Shown: piece by piece, positions 27,780 to 38,232 of the stretch | Layout of the letters: every line of letters begins with the position of its first letter | How positions within the stretch are numbered: position 1 is the first letter of the stretch | NCBI GenBank assembly: GCA_951406725.2 | Contig: OX597833.1 | Span: 48,298,001-48,362,000, forward strand | Direction: 5' to 3' | Length of the DNA: 64,000 nt | Source: Octopus vulgaris | Lineage: Eukaryota | Translations under genes and position numbers: made by a program | Notes under the pieces: generated by a model | What the model saw: the letters and a program-made list of their open reading frames with translations, nothing else | Databases searched by the model: none | Told to the model about the DNA's origin: nothing

Positions 27780-28315
27780 TACCTTTCCTTCATTGGACAC
27801 TAAACTCTGCTTGTGAAGACCTGTTGAAGCAAGTGAAATCAAAATCGAATCAAATTTGATGACTGGCACCCATGCCAGTGGACCCTTAACAACTCCATCC
27901 AAGTATGATCACTGCCAGAGCGGCTAACTGGCTTCTGTGCCGGTGGCACATAAAATGTACCATTCGAGCATGATCGTTACCAGTGTCGCCTTACTGGCAC
28001 AGGAAAAAAACATTTGAGCGAGGTCGTTGCCAGTGTCACTGGACTGGCTCCTGTGCAGGTGGCATGTAAAAAACACCATTTGAGCATGGCCATTGCCAGT
28101 ACTGCCTGACTGGCCCTCGTGCTGGTGGCACATAAAAGCACCCACTGTGCTCTCGGAGATGTTGGTGTAAGGAAGGGCATCCAGCTGTAGAAACTCTGCC
28201 AGATCAAGATTGGAGGCTGCTGCAGCCATCTGGTTCGCCAATCCTCAGTCAAATCATCCAACCCATGCTAGCATGGAAAGCGGACGTTAAACGATGATGA
28301 TGATGATGATGATGA
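27780..28315 (+). mobile_element. Retroelement (SINE/RTE-tail type) ending in (GAT)n
   Basis: ggaagggcatccagctgtagaaa...aacccatgctagcatggaaagcggacgttaaacgatgatg; a related copy lies inside the palindrome at 38692-39075 (-). Confidence 0.7.
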
Positions 28316-28482
28316 CACACTGGGAAGTCACTAACGGACCCCACTGGTCTACTAGCCCAATTGTAATCTACATATGCAATTTTTGTGTATATTGTGGCTC
28401 CACTGTATTGTTCTGCTTGGGCTGGAGGGGTAAATTGTGCTCACTTTGGGAACATATTCTAATATTACTATATTTTTCTCAT

Positions 28483-28756
28483 GGCAGTGAGCTGGCAGAA
28501 TCGTTAACATGTCAGGCAAAATGCTTAGCAGAATTTTGTCCAATTTATGTTCTGAGTTCAAATTCTGCCAAGGTCGACTTTGCCTTTCATGATTTTGGTG
28601 TATAAAATAAGTACCAGCAGAATACTGAGCTTGATGTAATCAACTTAAGCCCCACTCAAAATTGCTGGCCTTGTGCCAAAATTTGAGACCAATATTACTA
28701 GTCATTATCACTCATAGATTGCATATCCTTTTCAGGCTTTCCTTCATTGCATAAGC

Positions 28757-28788
<32 letters not shown>

Positions 28789-29053
28789 GTTATTATTATT
28801 GTTGTTGTTGTTGTTATTATTGTTAAGGCAGTGAGCTGGCAGAGTTGTTAGTATGCTGGATGAAATGCTTAGCAGTGTTTCACCCATTGATACATTCTGA
28901 GTTCAAATTTCACTGAGGTTGACTTTGCTTTTCATCCTTTCAGGGTTGATAAATTAAGTGTCAGTGAAATTCTAAGGGTTGATGTAATCGACTGGTCCCC
29001 TCCTCTAAAAAACTTTCAGGCCTTGTGCCTATAATAGAAAGGATTATTATTAA

Positions 29054-29089
<36 letters not shown>

Positions 29090-29940
29090 TGTTAAGGCAG
29101 TGAGCTGGTAGAATCTTTAGCATGCCAAGCGAAATACTTAGCGGTATTTTATCTGTCGTTATGTTCTGAGTTGAAATTTGCCAAGATCTACCTTGCCTTT
29201 TATCCTTTTGGAGTCGATTAAATAAGTACCAGTTACGCACTGGGGTCGATGTAATCAACTTAATCCCTCCCTCCAAATTTAAGGCCTTGTGCTTCTAGTA
29301 GAAAGGATAATTATTATTATTATTATTGTTGTTGTTGTTATGGAAAGTGGTGAGCTGACAGAATTGTTCCTGAGTTGCACAGAATGCTTAGCAACATTTT
29401 GTTCATCTTTACATTGTGAGTTCAAATTCCAGTGTAGCTGACTTTACCTTTCATCCTTTTGGGGCTGATGAAATAATTACTAGTCAAGAACTGGGATCAA
29501 TGTAATTGACTAGACCCCTTACCACAAAATTTCGGGCCTTGGGCCTTTAGTAGAAAGGAGTACTACTGTTGTTGTTGTTGTCGTCGTTGTTGTTGTTGTT
29601 GTTGTTGTTTAGCATGCTGGACAAAATGCTTGGTGGCATTTCACCTGTTTTCAGATTCTGAATTCAAATTCTGCTGAGGTTGACTTTTCCTTTCAGGGTT
29701 GATGAAATGGGTACCTTTTGAGCACTGGGGTGGATGTAATTGACAAGCCCATCTCCCAAATTTCAGGCCTTGTGCCTATTGTAGAAAGAATTCTTATGAA
29801 ATACAGTCAGGTGGTGAGCTGACAGTTATTAGCATGCTTGACAAAATGGTAAATGTCTATTGATTGTTTTTATGTTCTGGGTTCAAATTCTGCTAAGGTT
29901 GATTTTGCCCTCCATCCTTTCAGGGTAAATAAAATAAGTT
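28483..29940 (+). mobile_element. Cluster of six co-oriented, CpG-decayed SINE family A copies separated by (TTA/TTG)n
   Basis: Heads near 28483, 28826, 29095, 29342, 29610 and 29810. Confidence 0.8.
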
Positions 29941-30604
29941 CACCAAAAGAGACCGATAGAATAAGTACTAGGCTTACAAAGAATAAGTCATGCGGTCAAT
30001 TTGCTTGACCAAAGGCGGTGCTCCAGCATGGCCGCAGTCAAATGACTGAAACAAGTTAAAGAGTAAAAGAGTAGTTGGGTCATATTATTTTTGAACTCTT
30101 TTAAGAAGCTAAAGAAAATTTAGAACTTTTGGATAGCTACTGCCATTCCTTTCTTTGAATATCTTCTTACTGGATTCAGTTTGTTGCACATGGTTCTCAC
30201 TTGTGGATTGTAGAAGTTGTAGTATATTCATAGGTTTTCCCCTTTGGTGCATTGAACTGTTGAACAAAATATACAGAGGAAAAAAGAATACAATGGGAGT
30301 AGAATTGTGACCCCCAAGAATAAAAATTTTGGCTTTGGTGGAAGTAGTCAGTTGAAATCATTAGTCAGTGTCTACTTTCTACAACGTCTCCACTGAAATG
30401 AACTAAGATGATAAGCTGACAAGGTGTATTATTGACAGCTTAAGTAAAAATCAATATGGAGGTGCATGGCTTAGTGGTTAAGGTGTTTGGCTTATGACCA
30501 TAAGATTATGGTTTCAATTCCTGGATTGGGTGATGTATTGTGTTCTTTAGCAAAACACTTTATAACATATTGTTCCAGTTCACCCAGCTGGTAAAAAAGA
30601 GTAA

Positions 30605-31007
30605 GGATGGAGAGCTGGCAGAAAAGTTAGCATGCCAGGCGAAATGCGTAGCGGTATTTCGTCTGCCGTTATGTTCTGAGTTCAAATTCTGCCGAGGTTG
30701 ACTTTGCCTTTCATCCTTTTGGGGGTCGATAAATTAAGTACCAGTTACGCACCGGGGTCGATGTAATCGACTTAATCCGTTTGTCCCCTCTGTGTTTAGC
30801 CCCTTGTGGGTAGTAAAGAAATAGGTATTTTGTCTGCCGCTACGTTCTGAGTTCAAATTCCACCGAGGTCAACTTTACCTTTCATCCTTTTGGGGGTCGA
30901 TAAATTAAGTACCAGTTACGCACCGGGGTCAATGTAATCAACTTAATCTGTGTGTCTGTCCTTGTTTGTCCTCTCTGTGTTTAGCCCCTTGTGGGTAGTA
31001 TAGAAAT
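30605..31007 (+). mobile_element. SINE family A dimer
   Basis: Same junction as other dimers; several CpG to TpG/CpA changes. Confidence 0.85.
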
Positions 31008-32043
31008 ATGTAAAAAAGAGTAATCCTACAATGGACTGTGTCCTGTCCAAGGAAGGATATATACATCAGAGAAACTGGCTCTTTGCTCCTTATTGGGTAA
31101 TGTGGACTAACCAAGTTAATATCTGAAAAAATACATTTTAAATATGTGGTTAAGAAATTCACTTCCCACGTACACTTTTGGGTTCAGTCTCACTGCATGG
31201 CACCTTGGGCAAGTATCTTCTATTATAACCTCTGACTAAAGTCTTGTGATTGGGTGTGGTTATATGCTTTGTGTATCCCACTCTTCTCTCTTCCTTCTAC
31301 TCTATTTTCCCCTGTAATTGCACACATTTGTTTATGTAATAAGTTTTATGCTCTTACAGTTGATGCCTGCTGGTCTCTCAAAACATTTATATATATTATA
31401 TTAGCATTAATACTGATATTTTCAGTGTTTCTATTCTATATTTGGTGGAGGCGCATGGCTTAGTGGTTAGGGTATCAGCATCATGATCATAAGATTGTGG
31501 TTTCAATTCCTGGACCAGGCGATACATTGTGTTCTTGAGGCGTGTGGCTTAGTGGTTAGGGTGTCAGCATCATGATCGTAAGATTGTGGTTTCGATTCCT
31601 GGACTGGGCAACAAGATGTGTTCTTGAGCAAAACACTTCATTTCACGTTGTTTCAGTCCACTCAGCTGGCAAGAATGAGTAATGCTGTGATGGACTGGCG
31701 TCCTATCCAGCTGGGGAGTACATACACCATAGAAACAGAGATACCGGTCTCTTGACCCTGGCTAGGCTTTAAAAGGGCGTATTTTTTTTTTATTTCTTCT
31801 ATATGTAAATGCATATGTGTGTATTTGTTTTGCCTTAACATCACATGAATGTTGTAAATGAATGTCATTCCTTACTAGTGGATTGAGAGAGTATGTCTGA
31901 TTATGTGGAAATGTCACCTTACTTAGAAATAGGTAAGATTAGGCAACATGAAGGGCATCTGGCCACAGAAAATGCAATTAACTTTGTCAAACTCATGCAA
32001 AAATATAAAATTGGATATGAAAATATTGTACATGTACAAAAGT

Positions 32044-32462
32044 TGGATCTTTTCGGTTTGAACTGCAGTTTCTTCTAGCGGTGTCATATGACATTGTCAC
32101 CCATAATTATGACCCTAGTATCGATCTATTGCATTTCAATCTGTTTTAGGGTTAGGGTTATCGGTGGGGGGAAGGGTATCTTTTTTCCTTCAGAAATGTA
32201 AATAAACCCAATCTGTTTCTTAAACGAGGGACATATTCATACGGCACAGAATGTTTTCACCTCAATTAGACGTCATTGATTGGTTGAAATTGCAGAAATT
32301 GAAGAAAATAAACAACAAATATCTTACAAACTATAGAATTTTCTCAATAAAGCCAAGAGAAAAAGGTGTTTTATAAATATATTCTACCAGTATACGAAGT
32401 TTAAAATTTTTTAGTTACCTAGAAATTATGTTAAAAACTGCCGTTCAAACCGAAAAGATCCC
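32044..32462. mobile_element. GGGATC-TIR MITE with a 28-bp flanking duplication
   Basis: TIRs present; flanks atgaaaatattgtacatgtacaaaagtt and atgaaaatactgtacacgtacaaaagtt. Confidence 0.85.
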
Positions 32463-32952
32463 ATGAAAATACTGTACACGTACAAAAGTTTTTCTGTTCG
32501 AAATCGACCTAATTATTTCTGAATACCATATACAGTAATTAGCAGAGTGAACATCAATGTATGATTTTTAATAATATGACAAAAAAATCCAAGATATTTG
32601 AGTCTATGAAAAAATACGAAAAAGTTCAGATAAAGAAGGTAAGGGAGGTAACTATGTTATGCCTGTAATTTTTTTTTATTAGGCACAGAAATAGTATTAT
32701 GAACGATGTATTTTATACATTATGTAAAATCCATATGGCTCGTGTCCATTTATTGAGAAGGTCTGTAAAGAATAAACATGTTTAAAGTAAAAAAGCAACA
32801 AAGGAAAAAATAGGCGCAGGCATGGCTCTGTGATAAGAAGCTTGCTTCCCAACCACACGATTCTGGCTTGGTTAAGTATCTGCTGCTATAACCTCAGTCT
32901 AACCAAAGCCCTGTGAGTGCATTTGGTGGACGGAAACTGAAAGAAGCCCGTC

Positions 32953-33008
<56 letters not shown>

Positions 33009-33091
33009 AATATACAATAAAATTTTTCGAAAAAAAATTTTATCAATGGTCAGCATATTAAAAAATACCTTTAAAGGTTAAATTTATAAAC

Positions 33092-33258
33092 AACTTATAA
33101 AGAAGGGCAAAAAAAAAATTTCTAATGCCAAATATGCTGAAACTAGACACATCGTCCATAACCATGGACGTGCTTATAGTGATGAATTATATGGTTACAG
33201 ACGATGTGTCTAGTTTTGTCATAAGAAAATTTTTTCTTTTGCCCTTGTTTATAAGTTA
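33092..33258. repeat. Inverted repeat (~65-bp arms) within a dispersed repeat
   Basis: aacttataaagaagggcaaaa...actagacacatcgtc..taaccat / atggtta..gacgatgtgtctagt...ttttgcccttgtttataagtt. Confidence 0.7.
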
Positions 33259-33722
33259 TATATATATATATATGTGTGTCTTTGTGTCTGTTTGTCTTCC
33301 ACTCACCACTTGACAACTGAGACTGGTGTGTTTGTGTCCTTGTAACTTAGTGGTTCAGCAAACCACATCGTTGCAAAGCAAGTTTCTTAACCACAGAGCC
33401 ATTCCTAGTTACAAATAAATTCCAGTGAGTTGTAACTGGGATTTGTTTTTTCTTGTTTCAGTCATTTGAGTGCGGCCATGCTGGAGCACCACCTTAAAGG
33501 GGTTTAGTCAAAGAAATTGACCTCAGGACCCATTTTTTTTAAAGTCCAGTGCTTATTGTCCCACTGTATGGTACCATGGGTAAGTGTCTTCTATTGTAGT
33601 CCTGGGCCAACCAATGCCTTGTGAGGATTTAGTAGATGGAAACTAAAAGGGACATGTCACACACACACGCGCACATATATATATATATATAGATAGATAG
33701 ATAGACGGATAGATAGATAGAC

Positions 33723-33773
<51 letters not shown>

Positions 33774-34099
33774 GCTACATAAATATATATATATGCCTTG
33801 TGAGTGAATTTGATGGATGGAAACTTGGGGAAGCCCATTGTATATATGAGTGTTTGTGTTTGTTCCTTGCCTCTGCTTTACTGGTGTTGGTTTGTTTATA
33901 TCCCCATAACTTAACGGTTTGGCAAAAGAGACTGATGGAATAAGTCACCAAACAGACTTAAAAAATAAATACTGGGTCGATTTGTTCAGCTAAACTCTTC
34001 GAAAAGGTGCCCCAGCATGGTCACAGTCCAATGACCAAAAGATGTAAAAGATAAAAAAAGAAAGACAACTGAAAACAAATTCTATTATTTACAAATATT

Positions 34100-34105
34100 T
34101 TTATT
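34100..34105 (-). promoter_or_regulatory. Candidate polyadenylation signal of the alpha-kinase-like gene
   Basis: AATAAA on the minus strand followed by a U/GU-rich stretch, at the end of ~870 bp of unique sequence downstream of the stop. Confidence 0.4.
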
Positions 34106-34966
34106 TTTGGATGTTCAGTTTTTTGATCTGATTTGTCAATATCAATAACTCTGTTCCCACAAATATTTATATTGATTTTACAGATATTGGTTTTTTTAGA
34201 AACCCGCATGTAAAATAATTGTGAGCTTTCTCTCTATCTTTCACTCTCGCTTCATCTTTCTCCTTTCTCCCTCTCAGAATTTCAGTAGCATTGCTTTATA
34301 TAGACTTGCATTCAAAAAGGTAGCTTATGCCAAGCCACATTATACGAGCTTTATAATATTATGATGAGAGTTCAACATTGGCGCTGACTATAAAATCAGC
34401 TTAGTTTTTTAATCTTCTGAAGCCAATACAAATATATACCAGCAATTAACTGAAAGGAAGGGAAACGCCTGGCAACCACTCATTCTTCTGCATTAGGTCT
34501 GGTAACAAGTCCCTCTTATGTTTTAGCTGTAGCTTCTCTACACAATGTTCAAAAAGTAAAAAACATCTAGAACAATGTCAAATTCACCAATAATGAAATT
34601 GTTTTCTTCCATAGATAATTAGCAAGTTATTTGCTTTTGGTTTTCATGAAAGTTGTTAAGTCAACTTACAAACCCTTACGACAGCATATTATCATAAAAG
34701 ATATTGTATCTACACCTCCCGAGCTTGAACCAAATGAAGGGAGACCTGCAGACTGTTGGCTATCTTGTTGTCTGAAGCAGCTTTGGCATAAAAAAAGTAT
34801 GCCGCAAAAGATAGCACTAATATTTTTGCTTGTTTTCTGTGCAGCCAGTGGAATTCCATAACAGAAAATCCCTTGTTTTAAAACTTATAGCTAAGCCAGA
34901 ATTAGTTGTAGCTGTTCAAATTTTAATTTCCACTGCATAAATGGAAAAATTTATGTTGCTACTGTT

Positions 34967-35890
34967 TTAAGAAGCTCTATAAAAGACTTCATCAAATGGT
35001 GGAGCTGATGGCTCTGGTCGAAGGTGAAGGTGTCCAAATGTTTCTCTCTCTTGCACGCTTGAAGAATGCATTAAAGCTGTATGGTTATACACTGCACAAT
35101 GATTGTAACTTCCACAGTGATTATACATGCCCCCATGATTATACATGCCCCCATGGTTATATCTATCACAATGATCACAAATATAATGACCATACATTAT
35201 GTGTGGCAAACTAGCTCTTGCCGTTACAATGCTATGGTAACTAGATGCTTGATTCTTGTCTTGTATGTAAGTTGGTTGTGGTATGTGCTGAGGTACATTT
35301 TGTAATATTTTACAATATTTATTGCATTTATGTTGCTTTAAGAAGGTTTCGGCATTTACAGCAACACATTCTGCACCAGTAATGCAGATAGATTTTTTAA
35401 TTCGAAATCCTTGGAAATTAGTCAGTACTGTTTGTCCTTTGGATTCTAAGAAAGTGAAATGAGAAATGGCATCAAGACTTGGATTTGTTAATTTTTCCTC
35501 CACATGTGCACCCTTGTAGTGGTCAATAAGTACAGTCTCATCAGGAACAGGGTGTCTTGAGACAGTGAATTTGGTAATAAGAGAGATTCTGTCAATTAGT
35601 GCTTCGGTATAATCTGGAACTTGAAAAAATTCCTTGTCAAAGCGAGATGCAAAATAAGCTTTGGCTTTATGAAGTAATGCTCTGGTATTAAGGTATGATT
35701 TCCAAGCATTTTTCGAGTGAGGTTTGGTTTTCAAAACACGAATAATACACCTGTTTCCACGATGTATTCCAGAGCCATTAAGAACTCCATCGTAAAGAAG
35801 GTAATCCTTTGCTATCACAGAGGGTTTATATGAAAAATTTGCAAAGTAATTCTCGTTGTTATATTGAAATGAGAGTGTTTCATTATCCAT
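34967..35890 (-). CDS. Alpha-kinase (eEF2K/MHCK/vwkA-type fold) domain protein, probable pseudokinase, 307 aa, single coding exon
   Basis: Intact non-repetitive ORF with Kozak CCACCATGG just after a splice acceptor. Alpha-kinase pattern: ANF..P..A...LLYDG.LNG.G..RG.RCIIRVLK, DAISHFTF.ESKG..VLTNFQG, ICITG, FLKQHKCNKYC. Confidence 0.85.
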   Translation of the reverse strand: MDNETLSFQYNNENYFANFSYKPSVIAKDYLLYDGVLNGSGIHRGNRCIIRVLKTKPHSKNAWKSYLNTRALLHKAKAYFASRFDKEFFQVPDYTEALIDRISLITKFTVSRHPVPDETVLIDHYKGAHVEEKLTNPSLDAISHFTFLESKGQTVLTNFQGFRIKKSICITGAECVAVNAETFLKQHKCNKYCKILQNVPQHIPQPTYIQDKNQASSYHSIVTARASLPHIMYGHYICDHCDRYNHGGMYNHGGMYNHCGSYNHCAVYNHTALMHSSSVQERETFGHLHLRPEPSAPPFDEVFYRAS

Positions 35891-35935
35891 GGTGGGGTAA
35901 CCTAGAAAAAAAGAGAGAAAAAGAAATTATGAGAA
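35891..35935 (-). promoter_or_regulatory. 3' splice acceptor and Kozak context of the alpha-kinase-like exon
   Basis: Minus strand reads ctcataatttctttttctctctttttttctag|gttaccccaccATGG; the exon starts at 35901. Confidence 0.75.
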
Positions 35936-35982
35936 ATGCATGATATTGAGAAAGAGATAAATGTTGGAATACATATATGCAT

Positions 35983-36027
<45 letters not shown>

Positions 36028-36426
36028 CATATACAGACACATTCATATCTAGATACACATACATATAAAAATTTATATACATACACACATATATATATAT
36101 ATACATATACATATATATATATATACATTATATGTGTATATATACATATATGTGTGTATATATACATATATATGTGTATATGTGTACAAATACATGTGTG
36201 TACATATGTGTACATATACATATATATATGTGTGTACATATACATATATACATGTGTACATGTGTGTGTACATACATGTGTAAATATATATATATATATA
36301 TATGTGTGTATGTGTGTGTGTGTATATATATATATACATATATATGTGTATATATGTGAACATACATGCGTAAATATACACATATATATATACACACACA
36401 CACGTGTGTATATATACATATATATA

Positions 36427-36459
<33 letters not shown>

Positions 36460-37142
36460 AAATACACATATCCGTATGCGTCTGCATGCATATTTCGAAA
36501 ACTTAATCACATTTTATTTTTAAGAGTGTCTGTGTGTGTGTGTGGTGCCAACATCTGAAATTGGAATGATCACTGAGACTGAAAAATTATTCCGAATTCA
36601 GGCAATAAGTACATTGTTAAAGTGCATGCTCTAAGCGGTAAAAACGTCTTCAATTGATTGTGAAAATTTCCAAAGAACTAAAAGAAGTTGGCATCAGGCG
36701 AAACGTTTATGTCAAAATGATTTTAAAAGAAACGTTCACGATGATACTGTGTTGCTGCCAAAAAGTCAGACATATATTTTCGGCTAATACACAGACCAAA
36801 AAATAAAGAACTGATTCACAGCCAGTTCAAGAACTGTTTGATCATTTGGCATAGTGAAGAAAATTTTTATGAAAAGTGTTTTTAACAAGTGAAAAGAAAA
36901 TTGGGTTTATGGCCATGATGTTGAATGAAAAAGACATGCATACAAATATATACACAAGTATGTAAATGAACACACACATATATAGACATATACATATATG
37001 TTCCAATGTACGTAAAACGGTTAGCTTTAAAGGTAAGGGACTTTATGGACGTAAAACTTAGGGTAATCCCATAGACTGGCCGTAACTAACTTTACTCTAC
37101 TGCTCAATAACTTAGAGGGTGGCTTCTCCTTCGGATTAACTG

Positions 37143-37186
<44 letters not shown>

Positions 37187-37316
37187 CATATATACGAACA
37201 TACATATTAATAATCATATACATTATTATAACAAGGGATTGGCTATAAGCCTGGAAAAACAGACACCAAAAGACGCTATTACCACCTATTATACACACGC
37301 GCACACACGTACTTAT

Positions 37317-37520
37317 GTAAGGTTAGGTAAGGCCTGTTTGCGAGATTTCCTTGGGTTTCACATCCATAAAGCCCTTAGCTTTATGGCGTATTATAATCAG
37401 ATCCCAAACTTGTTGGGTTATGACTTCTCTAGAAAATGCTGATGATACGCCGTAAAGCTAAGAGCTTTAAGAACCTGGAAACCCAGGGAAATCCCATAAA
37501 CCGGCCTTACCTAACCCTTA
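37317..37520. mobile_element. Foldback/MITE with ~75-bp inverted arms
   Basis: aaggttaggtaaggcc.gttt...ccttagctttatggcgtat / atacgccgtaaagctaag...aaaccggccttacctaaccctt; a partial related arm lies at 37020-37095. Confidence 0.7.
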
Positions 37521-37757
37521 TTTAGATAAAATAATGCCCTAAAACTTAGTGCCCTTCTTTTTCGGATTTATGTTTTACAGACGATATATATATATATATA
37601 TATGGTAAGAAGCTTGCTTCTCAATCACATGGTTTCGGGTTCAGTCCCACTGCGTAGCAACTTGGGCAAAACCTTGTGAGTGGATCTGTTGACGGAAACT
37701 GAAAAAAGCTCGTGGTGTATATACATATATGTGTATATATATCTGTGTGGCTGTGTC

Positions 37758-37805
<48 letters not shown>

Positions 37806-38006
37806 CACATACATACTTGCATATATATATATATATATATATAATGTGTGTGTGTGTGTATATATATATATATCTGTGTGGCTGTGTCTGCATATATATA
37901 TATATATAATATATATATATATATACACATATATATATATACAATATATATATATATATACACATATATATATACAATATATATATATATATACACATAT
38001 ATATAT

Positions 38007-38048
<42 letters not shown>

Positions 38049-38232
38049 TATATATACAATATATATATATATACACATATATATATATATACATATATAT
38101 ATATACACATATATATATATACAATATATATATATATAACACATATATATATATATACATATATATATTTGCGTATATATATTTGCATATATATATATAC
38201 ATATATATTTTATATATATATATATATATACA

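Noticed and set aside
34631-34861. 76-aa plus-strand ORF next to the pseudokinase
   Set aside because: Antisense to the probable 3' UTR, non-ATG start, no recognisable motif
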